64,000 nt of DNA, taken from the NCBI GenBank assembly GCA_964383635.1, contig CAYLIG010000004.1, positions 10,814 to 74,813 on the forward strand, in the 5' to 3' direction. The notes under the pieces are model-generated. The model saw only the letters and a program-made list of their open reading frames with translations. It had not been told where the DNA came from and made no database searches. Both the position numbers and the translations under genes were made by a program. Below, piece by piece: positions 26,126-34,993 of this stretch. Position 1 is the stretch's first letter. The number at the start of each line of letters is the position of its first letter. Origin of the DNA: an uncultured Christensenella sp. (GTDB taxonomy: Bacteria; Bacillota; Clostridia; Christensenellales; CAG-138).

Positions 26126-27589
26126 ATGTCCCAAATTCTGGTCAACGATTTAACATTTCATTACGAGGGAAGCTATGACGACGTATTTTCGCATACGTCT
26201 TTTTCTATAGATACAAGCTGGAAGCTCGGCTTCGTCGGACGAAACGGACGCGGCAAAACCACATTTCTCAAGCTGCTGCTGCGTCAATACGAGTTTGAAG
26301 GCTCGATTTCCTCGTCCGTCGCGTTCGATTATTTCCCTTTTCCCGTACCCGATCCTTCGCTCACCACGGAAGCGGTGTTTCTCTCCATCGCCAACGCGCA
26401 GACCTGGCGGCTGGAAAAGGAGCTGAATCTGCTCGAAGTCGATTCCGACGTACTCGGACGCGCCTTTTCCACGCTCAGCCCCGGCGAGCAGACGAAGGTG
26501 CTGCTTGCGGCGTTGTTCTCGCGCGGCGGGCGGTTTCTGCTGATCGACGAACCGACGAACCATCTCGACATGGAGGCGCGCGCGGTGGTGAGCCGCTATC
26601 TCAACGGCAAGAAGGGGTTTATCCTCGTCAGCCACGACCGCGCGTTTCTCGACGGCTGCGTCGATCATATCCTCTCGATCAACCGCGCGGGTATCGAGGT
26701 GCAAAAAGGTAATTTTTCAAGCTCGGAGGAGAACCGCCGGCGGCAGGACAATTTTGAACTGACACAGAACGAACGGCTGACGCAGGAAATCGACGAACTC
26801 CGCGCCGCCGCCAGACGCACCGCGGAATGGGGCGATCGGGTGGAGCGCAGTAAGATCGGCGAGCACGCGGCGGATCGCGGGTTCATCGGCGCGCAGTCCG
26901 CGCGCATGATGAAGCGCGCAAAAGCGACCGAACGGCGACAGGAAACCGCCGCAAAGGAAAAGGAAAAGCTGCTGAAAAACCTCGAACGCAGCGACACGCT
27001 CAAGATCACCCCGCTGCGGCATCACGCGGATGTGCTCGCGGAAGCGACCGATCTTTCCATTGCATACGGCGAACGGACAATCTGCGGTCCGCTGGATTTT
27101 TCGCTTCGACAGGGGGAGCGCGTCGCACTCACGGGGCGCAACGGCAGCGGCAAGAGCAGCATCGTCAAGCTGCTGGCAGGCGAACCTATTCCCCATACGG
27201 GTACGCTTCGCCTTGCCAGCGGGCTTGTCGTTTCCTGTATGCCACAGGATACGTCGTTTTTGTCCGGAACGGTGCTCGACTACGCGCGGGAAAACGGGCT
27301 GGATGAAACGCTGTTTCTGACGATTCTGCGCAAACTGGATTTTCCGCGCGTACAGTTTGAAAAAGACATGCGATCCTTCTCCGGCGGACAAAAGAAAAAA
27401 GCGCTTCTTGCAAAGACGCTTTCCGAGCGGGCGCATCTCTATCTTTGGGATGAGCCTCTGAACTTTGTGGACGTGATTTCCAGGATGCAGGTGCGCGATC
27501 TGCTGCTTGCGGCTCAGCCGACCATGCTGTTTGTCGAGCACGACCGCGCGTTTGTGGACGAGATCGCCACGCGGATTATTCCCCTGTAG
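26126..27589 (+). CDS. ABC-F ATPase, Lsa-family ribosomal-protection type
   Basis: Start at ATG 26126 (AAAAAGGAGG RBS). The sequence is collinear with Lsa as I recall it: MSQILVNDLTFHYEGS.., WKLGFVGRNGRGKTTFLKLL, LSPGEQTKVLLA, IDEPTNHLD, VSHDRAFLD. A Lys/Arg/Glu-rich interdomain linker follows, then the second NBD with GRNGSGKSS and FSGGQKKK. Confidence 0.85.
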   Translation: MSQILVNDLTFHYEGSYDDVFSHTSFSIDTSWKLGFVGRNGRGKTTFLKLLLRQYEFEGSISSSVAFDYFPFPVPDPSLTTEAVFLSIANAQTWRLEKELNLLEVDSDVLGRAFSTLSPGEQTKVLLAALFSRGGRFLLIDEPTNHLDMEARAVVSRYLNGKKGFILVSHDRAFLDGCVDHILSINRAGIEVQKGNFSSSEENRRRQDNFELTQNERLTQEIDELRAAARRTAEWGDRVERSKIGEHAADRGFIGAQSARMMKRAKATERRQETAAKEKEKLLKNLERSDTLKITPLRHHADVLAEATDLSIAYGERTICGPLDFSLRQGERVALTGRNGSGKSSIVKLLAGEPIPHTGTLRLASGLVVSCMPQDTSFLSGTVLDYARENGLDETLFLTILRKLDFPRVQFEKDMRSFSGGQKKKALLAKTLSERAHLYLWDEPLNFVDVISRMQVRDLLLAAQPTMLFVEHDRAFVDEIATRIIPL

Positions 27590-28331
27590 CGGTCGGCGGC
27601 GCCGGGTGTTCTGCCTGCGCGGCGGTAGTCTTTCCGTCCGTCATCAGATAGAGTCTCGACAGCACCCGCCGCAGAGCGGGGATTTTAAGGATGGCGAATA
27701 CGATCAGCGTCCCCACGAGGTTGAGCAGCACGTCATCCACGTCGCAGCTGCCGCAGGCAAGCAGCAGCTGGAGCGCCTCCACCGTAACGAGCACGAGCGT
27801 CATGGTCAGAAAAAAGAGCCAAAACCGCCGCATCGGGCGAAACAGGCACGGCAAAAACACCGCCATTGGCATGAACAGCATCGCGTTGCCGACGAGATTA
27901 CTCAGCGGAATCTCCATGCCGATGTAGTCGTATTTGATCGCGTTGAGATACAGCCGCACGGTTTCAAACGGATGGAAGTTCGTCATGCGATCAAAATTCG
28001 CCCAATAGTCCGCCTTGGACGCCGCAAAATTGAGATAATCAACCCGGGAGACGATCAGCGCGCCGATGAGTACGGCGCAGTAAAATCCAAAGAGAATGAA
28101 GAGCGCCGTCCTCACCACGCGGCGGCGATCGGCTTCCTCCGAAAACGATTTTGCAAGCAGCAGTGTACCGAATACAAGAGGCAAACATACCGCGAGAATC
28201 AACAAAAAGCCGTGTACAACATGGTTCATGCCGGACAGATAGACAAGCACCAGCTGCCAGCACATGACGGCGGCAGCGGCAGTAAGCAGGATGATTCCGA
28301 ATATTCTGTTACGAGCGGCACGTTTTTCCAT
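27576..28331 (-). CDS. VanZ-family membrane protein
   Basis: Start moved to MEKRAARN (28331). It is multi-TM. The C-terminal part NLVGNAMLFMPMAVFLP...CDVDDVLLNLVGTLIVF is VanZ-like. Its 3-prime end overlaps the ABC-F 3-prime end by 14 nt (convergent). Confidence 0.7.
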   Translation of the reverse strand: MEKRAARNRIFGIILLTAAAAVMCWQLVLVYLSGMNHVVHGFLLILAVCLPLVFGTLLLAKSFSEEADRRRVVRTALFILFGFYCAVLIGALIVSRVDYLNFAASKADYWANFDRMTNFHPFETVRLYLNAIKYDYIGMEIPLSNLVGNAMLFMPMAVFLPCLFRPMRRFWLFFLTMTLVLVTVEALQLLLACGSCDVDDVLLNLVGTLIVFAILKIPALRRVLSRLYLMTDGKTTAAQAEHPAPPTATGE

Positions 28332-28458
28332 TCGGGTATTATAACACACTCCGCGCCCGCGTTTACAGAATACCGAATCTGATCGAAATTTTCTTTTGCG
28401 CATAGCAAGTTAAACAGGCATGTTTCTTACTTGCTCAACCTGCCAACAAGTGCATTTC

Positions 28459-28487
28459 TTGCGCGCGCAACCTGCCGCGCGTATAAT
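28459..28487 (+). promoter_or_regulatory. Sigma-A promoter
   Basis: TTGCGC-17 nt-TATAAT, about 60 nt upstream of the DUF2804 gene. Confidence 0.55.
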
Positions 28488-28546
28488 GAAGAAACAACCC
28501 GCCCTTCTTAAGACAGTATTTTCACGAACAGGAGGCCGTCATTTCA

Positions 28547-29575
28547 ATGCAGCATCTTCTTTCCAAAGGTCCGCTACTCGATTCTTCCGGCGCGCTTGCC
28601 GAGGCCGGATATGCAACCTCGCTTGTAAAAGCCTACGACCGCAAAGCGATTCGCGGGGGTGCGGCGCGCATCAAGGAATGGGATTACTATCTGATTCACA
28701 ACGGCCGTTACGGCGTTGCGCTGACAATTGCGGACAACGCCTATATGGGGCTGCTCTCCGCGTCGTTTCTCGATTTTGAGGCAAAGACGGAGCACACCGT
28801 TTCGCCGATGTTCTGGCTTCCGTTTGGAAACACGCGCTTTCCGGCAAGTTCGGACTCCGGCGATGTGATCAAGCAAATCAAGGGCGCGTCCGGCTCGTTT
28901 ACCCATGAGCCCGGCGGGCGGCGGTTGAAGTTTCATCTGGATCAGTTTGACGGCGGTCAGCCGTTCGATTGCGATATTCTGCTGACAAACGCCCCGCGCG
29001 ACACGATGGTCATCGCCACGCCGTTTGCCGAAAAAAAGACGGCGTTTTACTATAACCAGAAGATCATAGCCATGCGCGCGGCGGGAAGTTTCACCATCGG
29101 CGGCACGACCCGCACGTTTGACCCCGCGAATTCCTTCGGCCTGCTCGACTGGGGGCGCGGCGTATGGACCTACGAAAACACCTGGTACTGGGGCGCAGGC
29201 CAGGGCGTCGTGAACGGCCGCGTAATCGGCTTTAACCTCGGTTACGGGTTTGGGGACGTGAGCGCCGCCTCCGAAAACATGCTCTTTATCGACGGCGTCT
29301 GCCACAAGCTCGACCGGTTGACGTTTAACATCCCAGTCAAGGACGGCAAAGAGGATTACCTTTCGCCGTGGACGTTTACCTCAAACGACGGGCGGTTTGA
29401 AACTGCCTTTATGCCGATTCTCGACCGGGCGGCTTATACCAACGTCGGCCCGCTGCTGTCGGATCAGCATCAGGTATTCGGCTATATGGACGGCACAATC
29501 ACCGCGGACGACGGCGAAGTCATCAAGCTGGAACACTTTCTCTGCTTTGCGGAAAAAGTGCACAACAAGTGGTAA
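28547..29575 (+). CDS. DUF2804-family protein
   Basis: 342 aa. The KEWDYYLI..YGVALTIADNAYMGL pattern matches DUF2804 as remembered. AGGAGG RBS. Confidence 0.6.
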   Translation: MQHLLSKGPLLDSSGALAEAGYATSLVKAYDRKAIRGGAARIKEWDYYLIHNGRYGVALTIADNAYMGLLSASFLDFEAKTEHTVSPMFWLPFGNTRFPASSDSGDVIKQIKGASGSFTHEPGGRRLKFHLDQFDGGQPFDCDILLTNAPRDTMVIATPFAEKKTAFYYNQKIIAMRAAGSFTIGGTTRTFDPANSFGLLDWGRGVWTYENTWYWGAGQGVVNGRVIGFNLGYGFGDVSAASENMLFIDGVCHKLDRLTFNIPVKDGKEDYLSPWTFTSNDGRFETAFMPILDRAAYTNVGPLLSDQHQVFGYMDGTITADDGEVIKLEHFLCFAEKVHNKW

Positions 29576-29621
29576 CAATCTCTATGTCCGCCGCGCGCGG
29601 GCGGAAACGGGTGAATTCGGC

Positions 29622-30272
29622 ATGAAACAGATTCGAAACTACGACCTCGTCATCTGGGACTGGAACGGAACGCTTCTCGACGACACGAAGATGTGCTATC
29701 TCATTGCCAACGAAATGCGTGTGGAGCGCGGCATGGCGCCGCTGCCGCGGCTGGAGGATTACCGCGCCATCTTCACGTTTCCGGTGATCGACTATTACCG
29801 GCGCATGGGATATACCTTCGAAACCGAGCCGTTTGAAAATATCTCGCGGCAGTTTGTCGCCATGTATGCCGAGCGCTTTCCGTCCTGCCCGCTGCAGACC
29901 TGCGCCGAGGAGGCTCTCTCCGCCGTGCTGGACACCGGCGCAAGGCAGGTGCTGCTCTCCGCAACGGGTCAGGACAAGCTGGACGATCAGGTTCGGCACT
30001 TCGAGCTAAATCGTTATTTCGAGCGCGTCATCGGCGGCAGCAACAACCTTGCCCATGGAAAAGCGGACTATGCCATAGATTTTCTGAATGAAAGCGGCGT
30101 TTCTCCCGCGCGCGCGCTGTTCGTCGGGGACACGGATCACGATTTTGAGATCGCCTCGTCCATCGGCTGCGGCTGCGCACTCCTCGTGCCCGGGCATCAG
30201 ACCCGTGCACACCTGGAAACGCTCGGCACAACGCTGATCGAAAGCCTGTGCGAGGTTCCCGGGCTGTTGTAA
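29622..30272 (+). CDS. HAD-superfamily hydrolase (phosphoglycolate phosphatase-like)
   Basis: Motif I VIWDWNGTLLDD, motif II LLSAT and motif III/IV KADY...FVGDTDHD. Confidence 0.8.
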   Translation: MKQIRNYDLVIWDWNGTLLDDTKMCYLIANEMRVERGMAPLPRLEDYRAIFTFPVIDYYRRMGYTFETEPFENISRQFVAMYAERFPSCPLQTCAEEALSAVLDTGARQVLLSATGQDKLDDQVRHFELNRYFERVIGGSNNLAHGKADYAIDFLNESGVSPARALFVGDTDHDFEIASSIGCGCALLVPGHQTRAHLETLGTTLIESLCEVPGLL

Positions 30273-30283
30273 AAACAGCGAAT

Positions 30284-30317
30284 CAATAAAGGCAGACCGG
30301 TCGGTCTGCCTTTATTG
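30284..30317. terminator. Bidirectional terminator
   Basis: CAATAAAGGCAGACC-GGTC-GGTCTGCCTTTATTG between convergent genes. Confidence 0.85.
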
Positions 30318-30327
30318 ATATGAACGC

Positions 30328-31011
30328 TTACGCTTTGCTGAATACGCGCTTAAACAGCCGCTGCACCGGCGGCAGGGAGACGACGACGATACAAAGAATC
30401 GTATCTACGCCGATCGAGAAGAAATTGTAGACCAATGAATACGCCCAGACGTTGGTAAATCCGTAGTCGGCCGCATAGGAACCAAAGAATACGGCGCCGG
30501 ACACCGTGGATGCCATCATGCGCGCAAAACCGCCGACCGCCGCGCCCAGCGGGAGATTCTTCGGAAAGAAACTGGCCAATCCAAGACACGTGAACGCCAC
30601 GAAGTAGTCGAGAATAAACTGGATGGGATGCACGATGTACGCGCCCTGCACCACCTGCAGCAGAGAAAACGCAAACGCCGCCGTAAAGCCGTATGTCGGA
30701 CCGAAATACGCCGCGTAGGCAAAGATCGGCAGCATGGACAGCAGCGTGACCGTTCCCCCAAACGGCAGGGAGAAGAGCTTGAAATAGCTCAGCACAAACG
30801 CCAGCGTAATGGAAAGAGCGCCGTAGACGAGAACCTGTGTGCGGCTTGGTTTGCCGACGGGCGCCTCCGGTTCGGCGGGCTTTGCTTTGGCGCGCTTTGT
30901 ATACGACAGCACAGCCCAGATCAAAAGACCCAGGACGACCAGCGCGCCGAGCAGCATGTACAGATCGATTCCTTCGAGCGAGGCAAGTTTACTGAACAGT
31001 TTGAATTCCAT
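30328..31011 (-). CDS. thiT: Energy-coupling-factor transporter S component for thiamine (ThiT-like)
   Basis: Start at MEFKLF (AAAGGAG RBS). It is multi-TM with a ThiT-like sequence and sits directly downstream of a TPP riboswitch. Confidence 0.75.
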   Translation of the reverse strand: MEFKLFSKLASLEGIDLYMLLGALVVLGLLIWAVLSYTKRAKAKPAEPEAPVGKPSRTQVLVYGALSITLAFVLSYFKLFSLPFGGTVTLLSMLPIFAYAAYFGPTYGFTAAFAFSLLQVVQGAYIVHPIQFILDYFVAFTCLGLASFFPKNLPLGAAVGGFARMMASTVSGAVFFGSYAADYGFTNVWAYSLVYNFFSIGVDTILCIVVVSLPPVQRLFKRVFSKA

Positions 31012-31030
31012 GATTGTTTCTCCTTTTCCC

Positions 31031-31062
31031 AATAAAAAATAGTCGCCAGTGAGACGACCATC
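31031..31062 (-). terminator. Riboswitch expression-platform terminator
   Basis: The minus strand reads TGGTCGTC-TCACT-GGCGACTA followed by TTTTTTATT, between the aptamer and the thiT RBS. Confidence 0.6.
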
Positions 31063-31082
31063 AAAAAGAAGCTGCGATATGT

Positions 31083-31163
31083 ATCACTTTCCTTCGATGG
31101 CATGACCCAACAGGTTCCAAGGGTACATCTCAGTCCGGCTGTTCTTCCGGACGCCCCCGTGAT
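31083..31163 (-). promoter_or_regulatory. TPP (THI-box) riboswitch aptamer
   Basis: The minus strand reads ATCACGGGGGCGUCCGGAAGAACAGCCGGACUGAGAUGUACCCUUGGAACCUGUUGGGUCAUGCCAUCGAAGGAAAGUGAU. The CUGAGA, ACCCUU-GAACCUG and AUGCC..CGAAGGA cores are conserved and P1 is ATCAC/GTGAT. A TTGACA-17-TATTCT promoter lies at 31171-31199. Confidence 0.9.
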
Positions 31164-31201
31164 GCGATCTAGAATACTCGCTTTTTCTCCGCCTGTCAAC
31201 C

Positions 31202-31230
31202 TTGACAAACACAATCTTCCAACGTAACAT
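31202..31230 (+). promoter_or_regulatory. Candidate sigma-A promoter for S4-ispDF
   Basis: TTGACA-17 nt-TAACAT. Confidence 0.45.
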
Positions 31231-31291
31231 GATTTCGTGCTCCGGCGGCAATAGTTGCCGGTAAAATCCATCAGAAAGAGAATCAACTGCC

Positions 31292-31549
31292 ATGCGTCTG
31301 GATAAATATCTCAAAGTCTCCCGCATCATCAAGCGGCGCACCGTCGCCAACGAAGCCGCCGACGCGGGCCGCATCAGCATCAACGGCAAGGTGGCGAAGC
31401 CTTCCGCCGAAGTCAAGGAAGGCGACACGCTGGATATCCTGCTCGGCGGACGGCATCTGCTGGTGCGCGTCGAAAGCCTGAAGGAGAGCGTCCACAAAGA
31501 AGATGCGTCGGGCATGTATACCGTGCTTGGCGGGGACGCGCGGCAATGA
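31292..31549 (+). CDS. S4-domain RNA-binding protein (YabO/Hsp15-like)
   Basis: 85 aa. MRLDKYLKVSRIIKRRTVANEAADAGRISINGKVAKPS is an S4 motif. Its stop overlaps the ispDF start (ATGA). Confidence 0.8.
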   Translation: MRLDKYLKVSRIIKRRTVANEAADAGRISINGKVAKPSAEVKEGDTLDILLGGRHLLVRVESLKESVHKEDASGMYTVLGGDARQ

Positions 31550-32658
31550 GCCGCACGGTTGCGGTTCTGCTCTGCGCGGGCGGTTCTGCGCGTATGGGGT
31601 TTGACAAGCTGCTCACGCCCATCGGCGGAAAAACCGCGATCGAGCGCTCTATGGACGCGCTGGTTTTAGGCGGCGCGGCGGAGGTTGTCTTTGCCGTTTC
31701 CCCCGCTACGCGCGCGTTTGTGGAGGCGCTGGACTGTTCCGTGCAAAAGCGCATCGTCGAAGGCGGGGAGACCCGCGCGCATTCGGTTAAAAACGCGCTG
31801 GACAACATCGATTGCGCGGACATCGTGGCAATCCACGACGCGGCGCGCTGCATGGTTTCGCCGGATACCATTCGCCAAAGCGTCCAAAGCGCGGAAGCAT
31901 TCGGCAGCGGCGTGGTCGCCGGGCGGGTGACGGACACCATCATGCAGCTTGAAGGCGGCGGCGTCCTTCCGCTGGATCGCAGCAAGCTCGTGCGAATGCA
32001 AACACCGCAGACGTTTCAATTCGATCTCATCAAGCGTGCCTATGATCAAGGCAATCTTGGCGCGGTGACGGACGACTGTTCGCTCTACATCGCCGCGGGC
32101 TACGAGCCGCGCTTTGTCTATACCGACGGCGAGGCGGCAAATGAGAAACTCACAACCGGCGCGGACTGGCAGCTTGCGCTGGCAAACTATGCGCGCTTTG
32201 GCACGGGCTATGACACGCACCGCCTCGTCGAGGGGCGAAAGCTGATCTTGGGCGGCATCGAGATCCCGTTTGAAAAAGGACTTCTCGGGCACTCGGACGC
32301 GGACGTGCTGACCCATGCGATCATGGACGCGCTGCTCGGCGCGGCGAGCCTTGGCGACATCGGGCGGCTGTTTCCCGACACGGATCCGGCTTACCGGGGC
32401 GCGGACAGCGTCGCGCTGCTTGAAATCGTCGTTGAAAAAATCGAATCGCTCGGCCTGCGCGTCGGCCATGCGGACGCGACCATCATTGCCGAGCGGCCGA
32501 AGATCAAACCGTATGCGGATGCCATGCGCGCGCGTCTGGGCAAGGCCATGCATGTTGCGCCGGATTTCGTCTCCGTCAAGGCGACCACCACGGAGGGCAT
32601 GAACGACGAGGGAAAAGGCCTTTGCATCTCCGCAAGCGCCATAGTTTCGCTGATATAG
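31546..32658 (+). CDS. ispDF: Bifunctional 2-C-methyl-D-erythritol 4-phosphate cytidylyltransferase / MEcPP synthase
   Basis: The N-terminal half carries the IspD signature (AVLLCAGGSARMG.DK). The C-terminal half carries the IspF signature (GTGYDTHRL..GHSDADVLTHAIMDALLGA..GDIG..FPD). Confidence 0.9.
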   Translation: MSRTVAVLLCAGGSARMGFDKLLTPIGGKTAIERSMDALVLGGAAEVVFAVSPATRAFVEALDCSVQKRIVEGGETRAHSVKNALDNIDCADIVAIHDAARCMVSPDTIRQSVQSAEAFGSGVVAGRVTDTIMQLEGGGVLPLDRSKLVRMQTPQTFQFDLIKRAYDQGNLGAVTDDCSLYIAAGYEPRFVYTDGEAANEKLTTGADWQLALANYARFGTGYDTHRLVEGRKLILGGIEIPFEKGLLGHSDADVLTHAIMDALLGAASLGDIGRLFPDTDPAYRGADSVALLEIVVEKIESLGLRVGHADATIIAERPKIKPYADAMRARLGKAMHVAPDFVSVKATTTEGMNDEGKGLCISASAIVSLI

Positions 32659-32938
32659 CAGTGATATTCCCCATTCTTGTTTGTTTTCCTGTTTAAATCT
32701 ACGCTTTCTCCCCACAGCAAGGCAATTGTGTTCTGTTGCAACTGAGAAGTTTTCTCCTCTTCGACAGGTCTTTTCATCAAAAATGATACATGGCCTCCGG
32801 AAAATGTAACAGAAAATATAGCGATGCATAACTTTATGTAACAAACGCATATCTTTCGTTTCTTTTTACTGTTTTTTATGCTCCGTGTTTGTTTCCGCTG
32901 CTTGCCATTCTCTTGTTGCAGGAATTGCGGCTGCCGCT

Positions 32939-32966
32939 TTGACTTTTGCGTCCGCTCGTGTATACT
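32939..32966 (+). promoter_or_regulatory. Sigma-A promoter of the NlpC/P60 hydrolase gene
   Basis: TTGACT-16 nt-TATACT, with CGTG just upstream of the -10. Confidence 0.6.
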
Positions 32967-33061
32967 GATTTCAACAGAAAACCGCAATCAGGAATGACTG
33001 CAATCGGATTTCTCCCAAAGCGGCCGTTCGTTTTTCTGGTATCAGTATCACCGGAGGATCT

Positions 33062-34798
33062 ATGAAGCGACCCTATCTTCTCATCGCCTGTCTGCCGTTC
33101 CTGCTTTTTGCGGGCTGTTCGGGCGATACGCAGGAGCCGGCGCCTGCTACGCCAACGCCCAGCGCAACGGCACACGTCGTCATATTTTCCAATACGCCGA
33201 CTCCCTCGCCGACCCCAACGCCGACGCCGGAGCCCACGCCGGAGCCGGTCGATCATATGGGACAGCGCGTGCGGGATAACCTGCTGACAGACATTGAAAC
33301 GCTGCAGCTGGTGTCGTTTGCCGGTTCCATCGAGCTCTTTTCCGAACCGACGACAACCAGCGACAGCATCGACCTCGTCAACCGCGTCACCGACCGTTCC
33401 ATCAACGATTTGATCGTACTTAGCGAGATCACCTCCCCCGAAGGCAAGCTGTTTTACCAGGTGCGCGCCGCATTTTCCGGCGATACGGGATATGTGCTCG
33501 CAAAAGAAACGCGCGCGAGCAAACTTGCGCTGAGCGGTGTCAGCGGCTATGCGTTCATGATCTGCCCCGGTTGTTCGCTGATGAAGTCGCCGGACGAGGA
33601 AAGCTCCGTACTCGTACAGGAGAGCTACCATGTCGCACGAATTCTGGGCGAATACAAAGACTATGATTATGTCATCACCGAGGACGGCAACGCGGGGTTC
33701 GTAAAACCCGATCAACTCAAGATCATCGACAGCGCATCGCTGGAGGCCTATCTTGCTTCCGGTATCACGCCGCAGTCAAGCGAGCCATACAGCGCCGACG
33801 GACTGATCGCCTACGCAGAATCGCAGACCACCGCCGCCTCCACAGAAGCGCTGATTTATAACGGGCTGACGCATCTTGGGTTTTACTTCAATCCCGGCTA
33901 CTATCAGTTTTTTCAAAAAGATCTGTCCGATCTGACGCAGTATCCCATCGGATATCGCGAAGACGTTTACAACTCCTCGATCTTCAAGCTCTGGAACTCC
34001 GCCGGAAACCTCGCCTACTATGAAGATCATCCGACGCAATGGGCGCATGTTGCGCGCGGGGACGCGCTTCAGCGCGGCGATCTGCTCTTCTTCGCCGAGT
34101 ACGGCGCGGGCGACACCGTCGAGGTTGAAACCTATGAGATCGTGCTGCGCGGTCCGGATTCCGGCTATATCACCTCCTGCGGCATCTACCTTGGCGACGA
34201 CGCCATGCTCTGGGTCAACGGCGGGCAGGTGGAAACGATCGAGCACCTCGGCAGCGCGTCGATCTGGAAGTTTTTCGACTCCGCGCGCCGTATTCAAACC
34301 GAGATTACAAACCAGAAAGCCTATCTGCTGGAAAGCATGATCTCCTCGGCCTACGACAGGCTCGGCACCCCTTACAACAACTTCTGCCGAATGGGCGAAA
34401 CGAGCTATGATTGCTCGGGTCTGGTCGGCTGGGCGCTGCGCCGCGCGGGCGCGACACAGCTGAAAAATGGCAACAAACAATTTAAGGAAACGACGGCGTC
34501 CGGCCTTGCGCATCTGGAACTGCTCTATTACAACGGGCTGAAGCTCCCGCTCAAATATGTTTCAAAAAGCTCGGGAGACGAATCCACCATATCGCTGTTA
34601 GAGCGGGGCGATCTCGTTTTTCTCGTTGGAGAAACACAGGGGCGCATCTCCCACGTGATGATCTACCTTGGCAATATGCGCGTCATTCACTCCACAACCG
34701 TTACGGACTTTTACCGCGGAACGCTGGTCGCGGGGTTCCGTCCCGAGCTGCAGGAGCTCTACACAAACGCCATTCGCATCGAATATGACGAGGATTAA
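33062..34798 (+). CDS. Lipoprotein cell-wall hydrolase, C-terminal NlpC/P60 (C40) peptidase
   Basis: Lipobox LFAGC and a Pro/Thr linker, then a shared N-terminal module (see paralog). The C-terminus has YDCSGLVGWALRRAG ... HVMIYLGNMRVIHST (catalytic Cys and His). Confidence 0.85.
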   Translation: MKRPYLLIACLPFLLFAGCSGDTQEPAPATPTPSATAHVVIFSNTPTPSPTPTPTPEPTPEPVDHMGQRVRDNLLTDIETLQLVSFAGSIELFSEPTTTSDSIDLVNRVTDRSINDLIVLSEITSPEGKLFYQVRAAFSGDTGYVLAKETRASKLALSGVSGYAFMICPGCSLMKSPDEESSVLVQESYHVARILGEYKDYDYVITEDGNAGFVKPDQLKIIDSASLEAYLASGITPQSSEPYSADGLIAYAESQTTAASTEALIYNGLTHLGFYFNPGYYQFFQKDLSDLTQYPIGYREDVYNSSIFKLWNSAGNLAYYEDHPTQWAHVARGDALQRGDLLFFAEYGAGDTVEVETYEIVLRGPDSGYITSCGIYLGDDAMLWVNGGQVETIEHLGSASIWKFFDSARRIQTEITNQKAYLLESMISSAYDRLGTPYNNFCRMGETSYDCSGLVGWALRRAGATQLKNGNKQFKETTASGLAHLELLYYNGLKLPLKYVSKSSGDESTISLLERGDLVFLVGETQGRISHVMIYLGNMRVIHSTTVTDFYRGTLVAGFRPELQELYTNAIRIEYDED

Positions 34799-34825
34799 AA
34801 GCCCGTCTGAAATATCTGAGCATAA

Positions 34826-34856
34826 AAAGAACGGGCGCACGGGTCCGTTCTTTTTT
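34826..34856 (+). terminator. Intrinsic terminator
   Basis: AAAGAACGG-loop-CCGTTCTTT followed by TTT. Confidence 0.75.
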
Positions 34857-34888
34857 GCCCGAAGCCGATATTGTTCACGGTGTATTCT

Positions 34889-34916
34889 TTGATTTTTATT
34901 CTCACACGTGTATACT
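34889..34916 (+). promoter_or_regulatory. Sigma-A promoter of the M15 hydrolase gene
   Basis: TTGATT-16 nt-TATACT, again with CGTG preceding the -10. Confidence 0.6.
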
Positions 34917-34993
34917 GTAGATCAGTCGATGGGACTTGACGTGCCCTTTCTCTTGGCGTCGCGCCGCGGCAGCCATGACCCATCCGGAGGTTT

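Noticed and set aside
32967-33061. A c-di-AMP (ydaO-type) or other riboswitch in the 5-prime UTRs of the two cell-wall hydrolase genes (also 34917-34993).
   Set aside because: The UTRs are under 100 nt and lack the conserved ACGGGGA/CCCA pseudo-symmetric cores.
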